This document shows positions 17,511-25,417 of a stretch of DNA of 33,186 nt, piece by piece. The notes under the pieces are model-generated. The model saw only the letters and a list, made by a program, of their open reading frames with translations, ran no database searches and was not told the DNA's origin. Position numbers and translations under genes: made by a program. The DNA is taken from sequence record SRR20825006_2029. The stretch is one strand, 5' to 3'. Positions within the stretch are counted from its first letter, which is position 1, and each line of letters begins with the position of its first letter.

Positions 17511-19532
17511 TCAGGCGGTGAACAACCCCCGCCCTTTCAACAACGCCTCGACGCCTGGCATCCGACCCCGAAACGCAGTGTAGAGAGCCTCTGCGTCTTG
17601 TGAGCCGCCTTTGGACAGAATGTGTTCCTCCAAAAGCCGCGCCGTTTCCGGGTCGAACGCGCCCTTTTCCTCAAAGGCCTCAAACGCATCGGCATCCATG
17701 ACCTCTGACCACATATAGCTATAATATCCGGCGCTATAGCCGTCGCCGGAAAAGATATGAGCGAAATGCGGCGTGGCGTGGCGCATGGTCACCGCGCGGG
17801 GCAAACCGATCCGCGCCAAAGTTTCGGCCTGTGCAACCATCGGGTCCGCAGGCGCATCGCCATCATGGAAATCAAGATCAACCAAGGCCGAGGCAATATA
17901 TTCCACCGTGGCAAAGCCTTGATCATAGGTCTGTGCGGCCAACAACCGATCCAACATGTTGCGCGGCATCGGCGCACCGGTTTTGGCATGGGTCGCGAAT
18001 TCTTCAAGCACCTCAGGCACTTCCAACCAATGTTCAAAAAGCTGACTTGGCAATTCAACGAAATCACGCGCCACAGAGGTGCCCGAAATCGAGCCATAAG
18101 TCACATTTGACAGCATCTGGTGCAGGGCGTGGCCGAATTCATGAAACAAGGTGCGGGCATCGTCATAGGACAGCAATGCCGCTTCTCCTTTTGACGGTTT
18201 GGCAAAATTGCACACGTTGAGGACGATGGGACGGATGTCCCCTTCGAGCTTTTGTTGGCTGCGCATTGCGGTACACCATGCGCCCGAGCGCTTCGATCCA
18301 CGCGCGAAATAATCACCGATAAAGACGGCGATATGTTTGCCATCACGGGTCACATTCCACGCCCGCGCATCGGGGTGATAGGTGGTGACATCCAACGGCT
18401 CAAAGTCGAGGCCAAACAGCCGATGCGCACAGGCGAATGCAGCTTCAATCATCCGGTCCAATTGCAAATAGGGCTTCAACTCCGCCTCATCGAGATCATG
18501 CTCCGCCTTGCGCCGGATCGCCGAATAATAGCGCCAATCCCACGGCTCCAACGGGCCGTTGATCCCGTCTTTCGCCATCATTTCGGCCAAAATAGCACCG
18601 TCGCGCTCAGCGGCTTCTTTGGCTGGGGCCCAGACCCGCATCAACAACTCGCGCACGGCCTCCGGTGTTTTGGCCATTTCGGTCTCTAATTTATAAGCCG
18701 CGAAGCTCGGGTAGCCGAGCAATTTGGCGCGCTCTTCGCGCAGACGCAAAATCTCTGCCGCATTTTCACGGTTGTCATTGGCATTGCCATTTTCGCCCCG
18801 CGCAGACCAGGCTTTGAACGCCGCTTCACGCAAATCACGACGTGGCGAAAATTGCATGAACGGCACAATCAACGAGCGCGACAAGGTGACGACCGGGCCA
18901 TCCGCACCTTTTTCCTCGCCCGCCGCCCGTGCCGCGTCGATCACAAATTGCGGCAAGCCCTCAAGATCGGCCTCTGTGAGAGACATGAACCAGTCGCGCT
19001 CATCCGCCAAAAGGTTTTGCCCAAACCCAGTGCCCAGAGTGGCAAGCCTGGATTTGATCTCTGCCATCCGCGCCTTTTGCGGACCTTCCAGCTTAGCCCC
19101 AGAGCGCACAAAGGAGCGATAGGTCAACATCAAAACCCGCGCCTGCTCTGGCGTTAGGTCAAGCGTATCGCGGGTCTCCCAAAGCGTCTCAATTCGCGCA
19201 AACAGCGCCGAATTTGACGTAATTTCAGAAGAGTAAGCCGAAAGCATCGGGGAAAATTCCCGCATCAACGCATCGCGCGTATCATTGGCATCCGCCCCCG
19301 CTGAGCCGTAAAACACGCCGAGAACCTTGGACAAGGTGCTGTCCGAGCGCTCCAAGGCCTCGATTGTATTGGCGAATGTCGGGGCCTCGGGGTCGCTTGC
19401 GATCAGTTGAACCGCCGCACGCCCTTCGGCCAATGCGGCCTCGACCGCTGGTTTGACATGCGCATCCTCGATTGCCTCAAACGGCGGCAAGTTGAACGGG
19501 GTATTCCAGTCGGACAAAAGCGGATTGGTCAT
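17511..19532 (-). CDS. dcp: M3-family metallopeptidase (peptidyl-dipeptidase Dcp)
   Basis: MTNPLL start behind an AAGGAG RBS. Motifs: SKRSGAW, TLFHEFGHALH (HExxH), RDFVELPSQ, HFAHIF.G.GYSAGYYSY.W. Confidence 0.93.
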   Translation of the reverse strand: MTNPLLSDWNTPFNLPPFEAIEDAHVKPAVEAALAEGRAAVQLIASDPEAPTFANTIEALERSDSTLSKVLGVFYGSAGADANDTRDALMREFSPMLSAYSSEITSNSALFARIETLWETRDTLDLTPEQARVLMLTYRSFVRSGAKLEGPQKARMAEIKSRLATLGTGFGQNLLADERDWFMSLTEADLEGLPQFVIDAARAAGEEKGADGPVVTLSRSLIVPFMQFSPRRDLREAAFKAWSARGENGNANDNRENAAEILRLREERAKLLGYPSFAAYKLETEMAKTPEAVRELLMRVWAPAKEAAERDGAILAEMMAKDGINGPLEPWDWRYYSAIRRKAEHDLDEAELKPYLQLDRMIEAAFACAHRLFGLDFEPLDVTTYHPDARAWNVTRDGKHIAVFIGDYFARGSKRSGAWCTAMRSQQKLEGDIRPIVLNVCNFAKPSKGEAALLSYDDARTLFHEFGHALHQMLSNVTYGSISGTSVARDFVELPSQLFEHWLEVPEVLEEFATHAKTGAPMPRNMLDRLLAAQTYDQGFATVEYIASALVDLDFHDGDAPADPMVAQAETLARIGLPRAVTMRHATPHFAHIFSGDGYSAGYYSYMWSEVMDADAFEAFEEKGAFDPETARLLEEHILSKGGSQDAEALYTAFRGRMPGVEALLKGRGLFTA

Positions 19533-19584
19533 GAATATCTCCTTTGAGAGTGAAGCTATGCCGCACCCCCGCAAAGGAAAAGGG

Positions 19585-20625
19585 CTATCCGTGACTATTT
19601 CTCCCGCAAATCGGACAGTCTTCCCGTTTTTTGACCGTGATCACCCGCGTCTCTGTGTAAAGCGCATCATGGATCAACAGCCGCCCGATCAGGCCCTGCC
19701 CGGCACCTGTGATCTCCTTGAGCGCTTCCATTGCCATCATCGTGCCCAAAATGCCCGGCAAAGGAGCCGCCACACCCGCCTCGGCACAGGTTGGCACCAT
19801 GCCCGCCGCCGGACGTTCAGGGAACACGCATTGATAACATGGGCCATTTTTAGCCGCATTATATGTGCTGATTTGACCTTCCCATTGGGTGATCGCCGCC
19901 GCAATCAGCGGCGTTTTCTCCGTCACGCAAAGCGCATTCACAAGGTATCGCGTGTCGAAATTGTCCGAGCCATCGAGCACCAAATCATACTCGCGGATCA
20001 GCGCCACACAGCTTTCGTCAAAACGGCGATTGTAGGGACGCACCTCGATAAACGGGTTTTGCGCGCGCATTGCCTCGGCGGCGGAAAATACTTTCGGCAC
20101 ACCAAGGTTCGCATCTGTATGAATCACCTGCCGTTGCAGATTTGAGGCCTCGACCACATCATCGTCAATCACGCCAATGGTGCCCACTCCCGAGGCCGCG
20201 AGATATTGCAAAATCGGCGCGCCAAGCCCACCGGCCCCGACAACCAAGACTTTGGCCTCTTTGAGTTTCTTCTGGCCCGGCCCGCCGATTTCGCGAAGTA
20301 AAATGTGGCGCATATAGCGGTCCAGTTCGGCCGGGCGAAACGGGCCCTCTGCTTCGCTGTCCGCCACAGGTGCAACCCGCGACCGCAGGACGCGCAGGCC
20401 AAACCGATAGGCCATTATCACAGCGGCAAAACCGCCCAAAAGCAGCCACTCGCCAAGGCTTCCGCCCAGAGTGGTTCGCATCGGATGCGCGTCTGGCAGC
20501 ACGGCCAGCGCCAAGATCACCGCGACATACAAAATGCCGATCATTGCCCAGCGCGCGCGTTTGGGGGCATGAGTCACCGCCCCAACACCCCAAAGCACCA
20601 CAGCCATGATCAGAAACGGGATCAT
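19585..20625 (-). CDS. moeB: MoeB/ThiF-family adenylyltransferase with N-terminal membrane extension
   Basis: Motifs: ELDRY.RHI.L, GAGGLG, DDDVVE.SNLQRQ, DG.DNF.TRY, CYQC, TCAEAGV, CPIC. TAATG overlap with dut. MoeB versus ThiF cannot be resolved from sequence alone. Confidence 0.88.
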   Translation of the reverse strand: MIPFLIMAVVLWGVGAVTHAPKRARWAMIGILYVAVILALAVLPDAHPMRTTLGGSLGEWLLLGGFAAVIMAYRFGLRVLRSRVAPVADSEAEGPFRPAELDRYMRHILLREIGGPGQKKLKEAKVLVVGAGGLGAPILQYLAASGVGTIGVIDDDVVEASNLQRQVIHTDANLGVPKVFSAAEAMRAQNPFIEVRPYNRRFDESCVALIREYDLVLDGSDNFDTRYLVNALCVTEKTPLIAAAITQWEGQISTYNAAKNGPCYQCVFPERPAAGMVPTCAEAGVAAPLPGILGTMMAMEALKEITGAGQGLIGRLLIHDALYTETRVITVKKREDCPICGRNSHG

Positions 20626-21092
20626 TATTGACGACCCGTCGAGCCAAATCCGCCCGTGCCACGCACGGTATCGCCCAAGGTCTCAACCACCGAATAGACC
20701 CCCTGCACCACAGGTGCGACGACCATTTGGCCGATGCGCTCGCCATGTTGGATGTGGAACGTTTCCGAGCCGTGATTGATCAACAAAATGCCAATGGGGC
20801 CACGATAATCGGCATCGATGGTGCCCGGCGTGTTGACCATGGAAATCCCATGTTTGAGCGCAAGCCCCGAACGGGGCCGGACCTGCACCTCAAATCCGGG
20901 CGGGATTTCCATCGCAAATCCAGTCGGGATCAAGGCGCGCGCACCGGGTTCCAAGACCAAACCAACGTCTCGCGTCTCCGGCGGAAAATTCGCCCGCACA
21001 TCGGCACCAGCGGCGTGTTCGGTTTCGTAAGATGGCGGCTTGATCGCCGGATCAGCGCCTTCAAGCCATTGAATTTTAATATCAACTGTCAT
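20625..21092 (-). CDS. dut: dUTP diphosphatase
   Basis: Motifs: [45 protein letters not shown] at 21092 avoids overlap with coaBC. Confidence 0.97.
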   Translation of the reverse strand: MTVDIKIQWLEGADPAIKPPSYETEHAAGADVRANFPPETRDVGLVLEPGARALIPTGFAMEIPPGFEVQVRPRSGLALKHGISMVNTPGTIDADYRGPIGILLINHGSETFHIQHGERIGQMVVAPVVQGVYSVVETLGDTVRGTGGFGSTGRQ

Positions 21093-21094
21093 GT

Positions 21095-21116
21095 TTTCAT
21101 CGCTGTCCAAATACTC
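21095..21116. repeat. Solo copy of the TTTCAT-N8-AAATACTC motif
   Basis: TTTCATCGCTGTCCAAATACTC versus TTTCATTGCAGCATAAATACTC (12777-12798): 17/22 identical, with both ends perfectly conserved. Confidence 0.65.
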
Positions 21117-22326
21117 ATTCAACGGCAAATGCCGCGCTCAAACGGTCGGCGATCTTATGGGCCAACTGGCGCGCCACCTCCGCCTTGCTCATCCGTGGCC
21201 AGACATCCGTGCCCGCGTCCGAGATCAATACAACCGCATTTTCTGTGCCGCCCATGATGCCAGTCGCGGGCGAGACGTCATTGGCCACAATCCAGTCGCA
21301 ACCTTTGCGCAGCCGTTTGGCGGTGGCGTGGGCCACAACATTGTCGGTTTCGGCGGCAAAGCCGACCACAAGCCGGGGGCGCCCCGTGCTCATCTGGCTG
21401 ACCGTCGCAAGGATGTCAGGATTCTCAGTGAAACTCAGACTGGGCAATGTGCCTTTTTCTTTTTTAATCTTCGATCCGCTCTCCGAGCTTACACGCCAAT
21501 CCGCCACTGCGGCGGCAAAGACGGCGGCATCGGCGGGCAAAGCGGCCTCCACGGCGGCTTTCATTTCGCGGGCGGTCTCGACGCGGATCACAGTGACGCC
21601 CTGCGGCGGCGGCACATCGGCGGGGCCGGTGACGAAACTCACCTGCGCGCCAAGATCGCGCAGCGCAACGGCGATGGCCGTGCCCTGCGCACCAGACGAA
21701 CGGTTGGCGATGTAACGCACCGGATCAATCGGCTCATGGGTCGGACCAGAGGTGACAAGGATATGCTTGCCCACCAGAGGGCCTTCGATCAGAGCCGCAC
21801 GGATCGCGCCGATGATGTCAGGGGTCTCAGAGAGCCGCCCGGGGCCAAATTCACCACAGGCCATTGTGCCCTCTTCGGGACCGACAAACAGCACGCCATC
21901 GGATTGGAGTGTTGCCACATTGCGCTGGGTTGCGGGGTGTTCCCACATGCGGACATTCATCGCCGGGGCGACCAGCACGCGTTTGTCCGTCGCCATCAAC
22001 AGCGTCGAGGCCAGATCGTTTGCCAAGCCATTGGCCATCTTGCCCAAAAGATCGGCCGTTGCCGGAGAAACCACAACCAAATCGGCGGCGCGGGACAGTT
22101 CTATATGACCCATTTCGGCCTCATCAGTGAGATCAAACAGGTCGCGGTAAACCTTTTCGGCGGCAAGGGCAGAGGCCGAGAGAGGTGTCACGAATTCTTC
22201 CGCCGCTTTGGTCAGAACCGGCACGACACGCACGCCCTCTTCGCGCAAGCGGCGGATCAGATCGAGCGATTTGAACGCCGCGATCCCGCCGCCGATGATT
22301 AAAAGAATGGTCTTTCCGTTCAACAT
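21115..22326 (-). CDS. coaBC: Bifunctional phosphopantothenoylcysteine decarboxylase / phosphopantothenate--cysteine ligase
   Basis: Motifs: [70 protein letters not shown]. Classic coaBC-dut order. Confidence 0.97.
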   Translation of the reverse strand: MLNGKTILLIIGGGIAAFKSLDLIRRLREEGVRVVPVLTKAAEEFVTPLSASALAAEKVYRDLFDLTDEAEMGHIELSRAADLVVVSPATADLLGKMANGLANDLASTLLMATDKRVLVAPAMNVRMWEHPATQRNVATLQSDGVLFVGPEEGTMACGEFGPGRLSETPDIIGAIRAALIEGPLVGKHILVTSGPTHEPIDPVRYIANRSSGAQGTAIAVALRDLGAQVSFVTGPADVPPPQGVTVIRVETAREMKAAVEAALPADAAVFAAAVADWRVSSESGSKIKKEKGTLPSLSFTENPDILATVSQMSTGRPRLVVGFAAETDNVVAHATAKRLRKGCDWIVANDVSPATGIMGGTENAVVLISDAGTDVWPRMSKAEVARQLAHKIADRLSAAFAVE

Positions 22327-22448
22327 CACACGCCCCTTTGCCCCGATCTGCCGTGAGACCGCCCTGTGTTCAAGGCGCTGTCCCAAGGCGCTCCGGTGGG
22401 CAAAGGTGTAGGGTGCGCGTTTGACAAACTCAAGCCAAACTCAAACCC

Positions 22449-23330
22449 TCAGCTCAACAGCAGCGAGAGCGCTTCGCCGTGACGTTCCAAGGATTTGCGC
22501 ATTTTGACCAAAGCCCCGGCCTCCAATTGCCGGACGCGTTCTTTTGACAAAGCCAACTCTTCCCCAAGACTTTCAAGCGTGCGCGGCTCATCCGAAAGCT
22601 TACGCGCGTGTAAAATGAATTGCTCGCGGTCGCTAAGTTCGCTCATGGACTCTTTGAGCCATGTTTTCAGTTGCTTTTGATCATGCTCTTCCCCCACCAT
22701 TTCGGCGGCGGTGTCGCCCTCATCGGCCAAAAGGTCGATCCATTCGCGACCATCCTCATCACCGGATTGTTGCGCGTTGAGCGAGAAATCAGAGCCGGAC
22801 AGCCGCCCGTCCATCATCTCCACATCGCGAAGGGGCACGCCCAAATCCATTGCGATCATCTGTAACAATTGCGCATGATCCAGTTGCTCGCCCTGTGTCG
22901 AGGCTTCGCGTTCCAGCCGTGCCTGAACCCGGCGCATATTGAAAAACAACGACTTTTGCGCAGAGGTCGACCCGGTGCGCACCAAGGACCAATTGCGCAT
23001 CACATAGTCTTGGACCGAGGCCTTGATCCACCACGCGGCATAGGTCGAAAACCGCACGCCGCGGTCGGGATCAAATTTCTCCGCCGCTTTCATCAGGCCC
23101 AATCCGGCCTCTTGGATAAGATCGTTCATCGGCGCGCCGTAACGTTTGAATTTGGCCGCCATCGAAATCGCCAAGCGCATATAAGCGGTGATCAAACGGT
23201 GCAAAGCCGCCTCATCGCCATGATCGCGCCACGCGCGTGCCAATGCCTGTTCTGTTTCAAGATCAAGCATTTCCGCTTTCATTGCCCGGCGTGGCAATGC
23301 GTTGTCTGATACAGTCATATCGAGTGCCAT
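22449..23330 (-). CDS. rpoH2: Sigma-32 family sigma factor, RpoH2/RpoHII type
   Basis: Motifs: DLIQEAGLGLMKAA.KFDPDRGVRFSTYA.WWIKA, RpoH box QKSLFFNMR, TLESLG..L.LSKERVRQLE. MALD start behind a GGGAGG RBS. Divergent from cobU, as I recall for Rhodobacteraceae rpoHII loci. Confidence 0.92.
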   Translation of the reverse strand: MALDMTVSDNALPRRAMKAEMLDLETEQALARAWRDHGDEAALHRLITAYMRLAISMAAKFKRYGAPMNDLIQEAGLGLMKAAEKFDPDRGVRFSTYAAWWIKASVQDYVMRNWSLVRTGSTSAQKSLFFNMRRVQARLEREASTQGEQLDHAQLLQMIAMDLGVPLRDVEMMDGRLSGSDFSLNAQQSGDEDGREWIDLLADEGDTAAEMVGEEHDQKQLKTWLKESMSELSDREQFILHARKLSDEPRTLESLGEELALSKERVRQLEAGALVKMRKSLERHGEALSLLLS

Positions 23331-23410
23331 AAGACCCTCCCGAGGTTTGGCCGCTCTGCCTCCATGAGTGCGATGTGCGTTGGGCATTTGCGAGCGGTGG
23401 CTTCTCCTGT

Positions 23411-23437
23411 TACGACCACAGTACCCCAATTGGATGA
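23411..23437 (-). promoter_or_regulatory. Candidate RpoE (ECF11)-type promoter of rpoH2
   Basis: Minus strand TCATCC-N17-CGTA, close to the TGATCC-N16/17-CGTA consensus, 80 nt upstream of the start codon. Confidence 0.55.
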
Positions 23438-23454
23438 CTTTGAGTTTCACGAAC

Positions 23455-23988
23455 ATGTGCAGTCCCTTCACACTCGTTCTCGGCGGCGCCTCTTCTGGCA
23501 AGTCTGACATTGCTGAAAAATTGTGTTTTCACAGTGGGTTAGATCGCGTTTACTTGGCCTCTTCGCAGGTCTATGACGATGAAATGCGCACAAAGGTTGA
23601 GCAACACCGCACAAACAGAGGGCCAAATTGGCGCACAATCGAAGAACCTTTTCGGGCCGATCAGGTGATTTTAGAGGCAAAGGCACATCAAATACTCTTG
23701 TTTGATTGTGCCACGCTTTGGCTCACCAACCATCTTTTGGCCGATCACGACATCGCGCAGGAGACGGAGACGCTCTTGGCCGCGCTCAAAACCAGTCTGG
23801 CGCAGGTGGTCATTGTCAGCAACGAGGTGGGTCAGGGCATCGTCCCCGAAAACGCCCTTGCCCGTCGGTTTCGGGTGGAACAAGGACGGCTCAATCGGCG
23901 TTTGGCCGCAGAGGCCGGGATGGTAGTGGGCGTGATGGCCGGGCTGCCCTTTATGCTCAAAGGCGACAGGCCGGAGGCTTTGACATGA
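23455..23988 (+). CDS. cobU: Adenosylcobinamide kinase / cobinamide-phosphate guanylyltransferase
   Basis: Motifs: LVLGGASSGKS (P-loop), D.EM....HR..R...W.T.E, DCATLWL.N, VSNEVG.GIVP, AGLP. Start at 23455 or 23434. Confidence 0.94.
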   Translation: MCSPFTLVLGGASSGKSDIAEKLCFHSGLDRVYLASSQVYDDEMRTKVEQHRTNRGPNWRTIEEPFRADQVILEAKAHQILLFDCATLWLTNHLLADHDIAQETETLLAALKTSLAQVVIVSNEVGQGIVPENALARRFRVEQGRLNRRLAAEAGMVVGVMAGLPFMLKGDRPEALT

Positions 23989-24554
23989 GCACATTATGGT
24001 TGATCCGTCACGGCCCGACTCATGCCAAAAGCTTTGTCGGCTGGACAGATCTTCCGGCGGACCTATCGGACAGGGCGGCGATTGCGCGGCTTGAGGCGGC
24101 CTTGCCACATGTGCCGCTGATCTCCTCCGATCTCAGCCGCGCGGTCGATACGGGCAGCGCCATTCAGGGCCAGCGCCCGCGCCTGCCCCATGATCCGCGT
24201 CTGCGTGAAACCCATTTTGGCGATTGGGAAAATCTGTCTTGGGCTCAGATTGAACAGCGCGACACAGACCTTGCCCGCCGGGTGTTTGAAACCCCCGGCG
24301 ACATCGCCCCGCCCGGTGGTGAAAGTTGGAACAGGTTTTCTGCCCGCGTTCATGCGGGTGTCGCGGCCTTGCAAGGCGAAACCATTGTGGTCGCGCATAT
24401 GGGGGTGATTTTGGCGTTGTTGCAAAGGGCGCTCGGATGCACGGCCTATGAAGCGCTGGGGCATCAAATTGATCCGCTGTCCTGTACGGTGATCGACTGT
24501 CCTGAGGGGCTGGAGGGCGCGTGGAGTTGCACACGCATAAATCACAAATATTGA
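23985..24554 (+). CDS. Histidine phosphatase, probable alpha-ribazole/adenosylcobalamin phosphatase (CobC-like)
   Basis: Motifs: LIRHG, SSDL.RA..T, LRE.HFGDWE, PGGES, VVAHMGVI. ATGA-coupled to cobU. Confidence 0.88.
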   Translation: MSTLWLIRHGPTHAKSFVGWTDLPADLSDRAAIARLEAALPHVPLISSDLSRAVDTGSAIQGQRPRLPHDPRLRETHFGDWENLSWAQIEQRDTDLARRVFETPGDIAPPGGESWNRFSARVHAGVAALQGETIVVAHMGVILALLQRALGCTAYEALGHQIDPLSCTVIDCPEGLEGAWSCTRINHKY

Positions 24555-24633
24555 TAAAAACTATGAAAAAATATCCCTTCTCGTGATTCATCAAGCCCAT
24601 CTAAGATAAGCTCTGACACACAAGGAGTTTCAT

Positions 24634-25320
24634 ATGGCTTACGATCTGTTCATTGGTGACAAAGGGTTTTCAAGCTGGTCGCTGCGCGGCTGGCTTTTAT
24701 TTGAAAAATTCGGCATCCCGTTTCGCGAACACATGATCGGCCTTTACACTGGCACGATGCAACAGGACCTTGCGCCCCTTGCCCCCGCCCGCTTTGTGCC
24801 CACCGCGCGCACGCCCGAAGGCTGGGTGATCGGGGAAAGCATCGCCTTGGCCGAAACCTTGGCGGAGCGTCATCCCGAGGCAGGGATTTGGCCCACCGAT
24901 CCTGAGGCGCGTGTGTTTGCCCGTTGGCTTGTGTCCGAAATGCACGCCGGGTTTACCGCCCTGCGCTCTGCCTGTCCGATGCAGCTTTTTCATCAATATC
25001 AGGGATTTGTTGTCTCCGACGCGGTTCAGACCGATCTGGATCGCCTTGAGACGATGCTGGGCCATGCCTTTGCGCATTTCTCTGGCGCTGGCCCTTGGCT
25101 GTTTGGTGCTTACTCTGCCGCCGATGCGTTTTACGCCCCGGTCGCGGCACGGATCGCTGGCTATGATCTCCCGGTGTCTGAGCGCCTCACAGCCTATGTT
25201 GCCGCGCATCTGAACGATACGGCGTTCAAAGCCTGGCGCGCGGAGGGGATCAAACTCAGCTATGATCCGATGCCCTATGCGCTCGATCTGCCCAAAACCG
25301 ACTGGCCGGTTGCGCCATAA
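24634..25320 (+). CDS. Glutathione S-transferase
   Basis: Motifs: SSWSLRGWL, VP, ESIA.AE.LAE, EMHAGF..LR, WLFG.YSAADAFYAPV..R. AAGGAG RBS. Confidence 0.93.
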   Translation: MAYDLFIGDKGFSSWSLRGWLLFEKFGIPFREHMIGLYTGTMQQDLAPLAPARFVPTARTPEGWVIGESIALAETLAERHPEAGIWPTDPEARVFARWLVSEMHAGFTALRSACPMQLFHQYQGFVVSDAVQTDLDRLETMLGHAFAHFSGAGPWLFGAYSAADAFYAPVAARIAGYDLPVSERLTAYVAAHLNDTAFKAWRAEGIKLSYDPMPYALDLPKTDWPVAP

Positions 25321-25342
25321 TTCTCTCGAAACCCGGAGCGTA

Positions 25343-25392
25343 TTAACCATTTGCTAACCATGCACGTCGTAGCACTGGTTAAGATTGGTTAA
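25343..25392. promoter_or_regulatory. CtrA-like binding sites upstream of comM
   Basis: TTAA-ccatttg-CTAAC at 25343-25358 fits TTAA-N7-TTAAC with one mismatch. A second, inverted site GGTTAA-gattgg-TTAA at 25377-25392 has N6 spacing. Confidence 0.7.
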
Positions 25393-25417
25393 TGCGTTTC
25401 GCACGGGAGAGTAGATC

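Noticed and set aside
21091-22302. 403-aa plus-strand ORF
   Set aside because: Antisense shadow of coaBC.
10827-22326. panC-panB plus coaBC as a CoA super-cluster, and xdh plus moeB as a Moco cluster
   Set aside because: The genes are separated by many unrelated genes and lie on different strands. Proximity alone is not evidence.
22406-22434. CTTG-N18-CCTACAC upstream of coaBC as an RpoH promoter
   Set aside because: A plausible promoter, but it cannot be distinguished from an alphaproteobacterial RpoD promoter.
23331-23454. Cobalamin riboswitch upstream of cobU
   Set aside because: The gap is too short and has no B12-box sequence.
24583-24594. FNR-like GTGAT-TC-ATCAA upstream of GST
   Set aside because: The spacer is 2 nt instead of 4.
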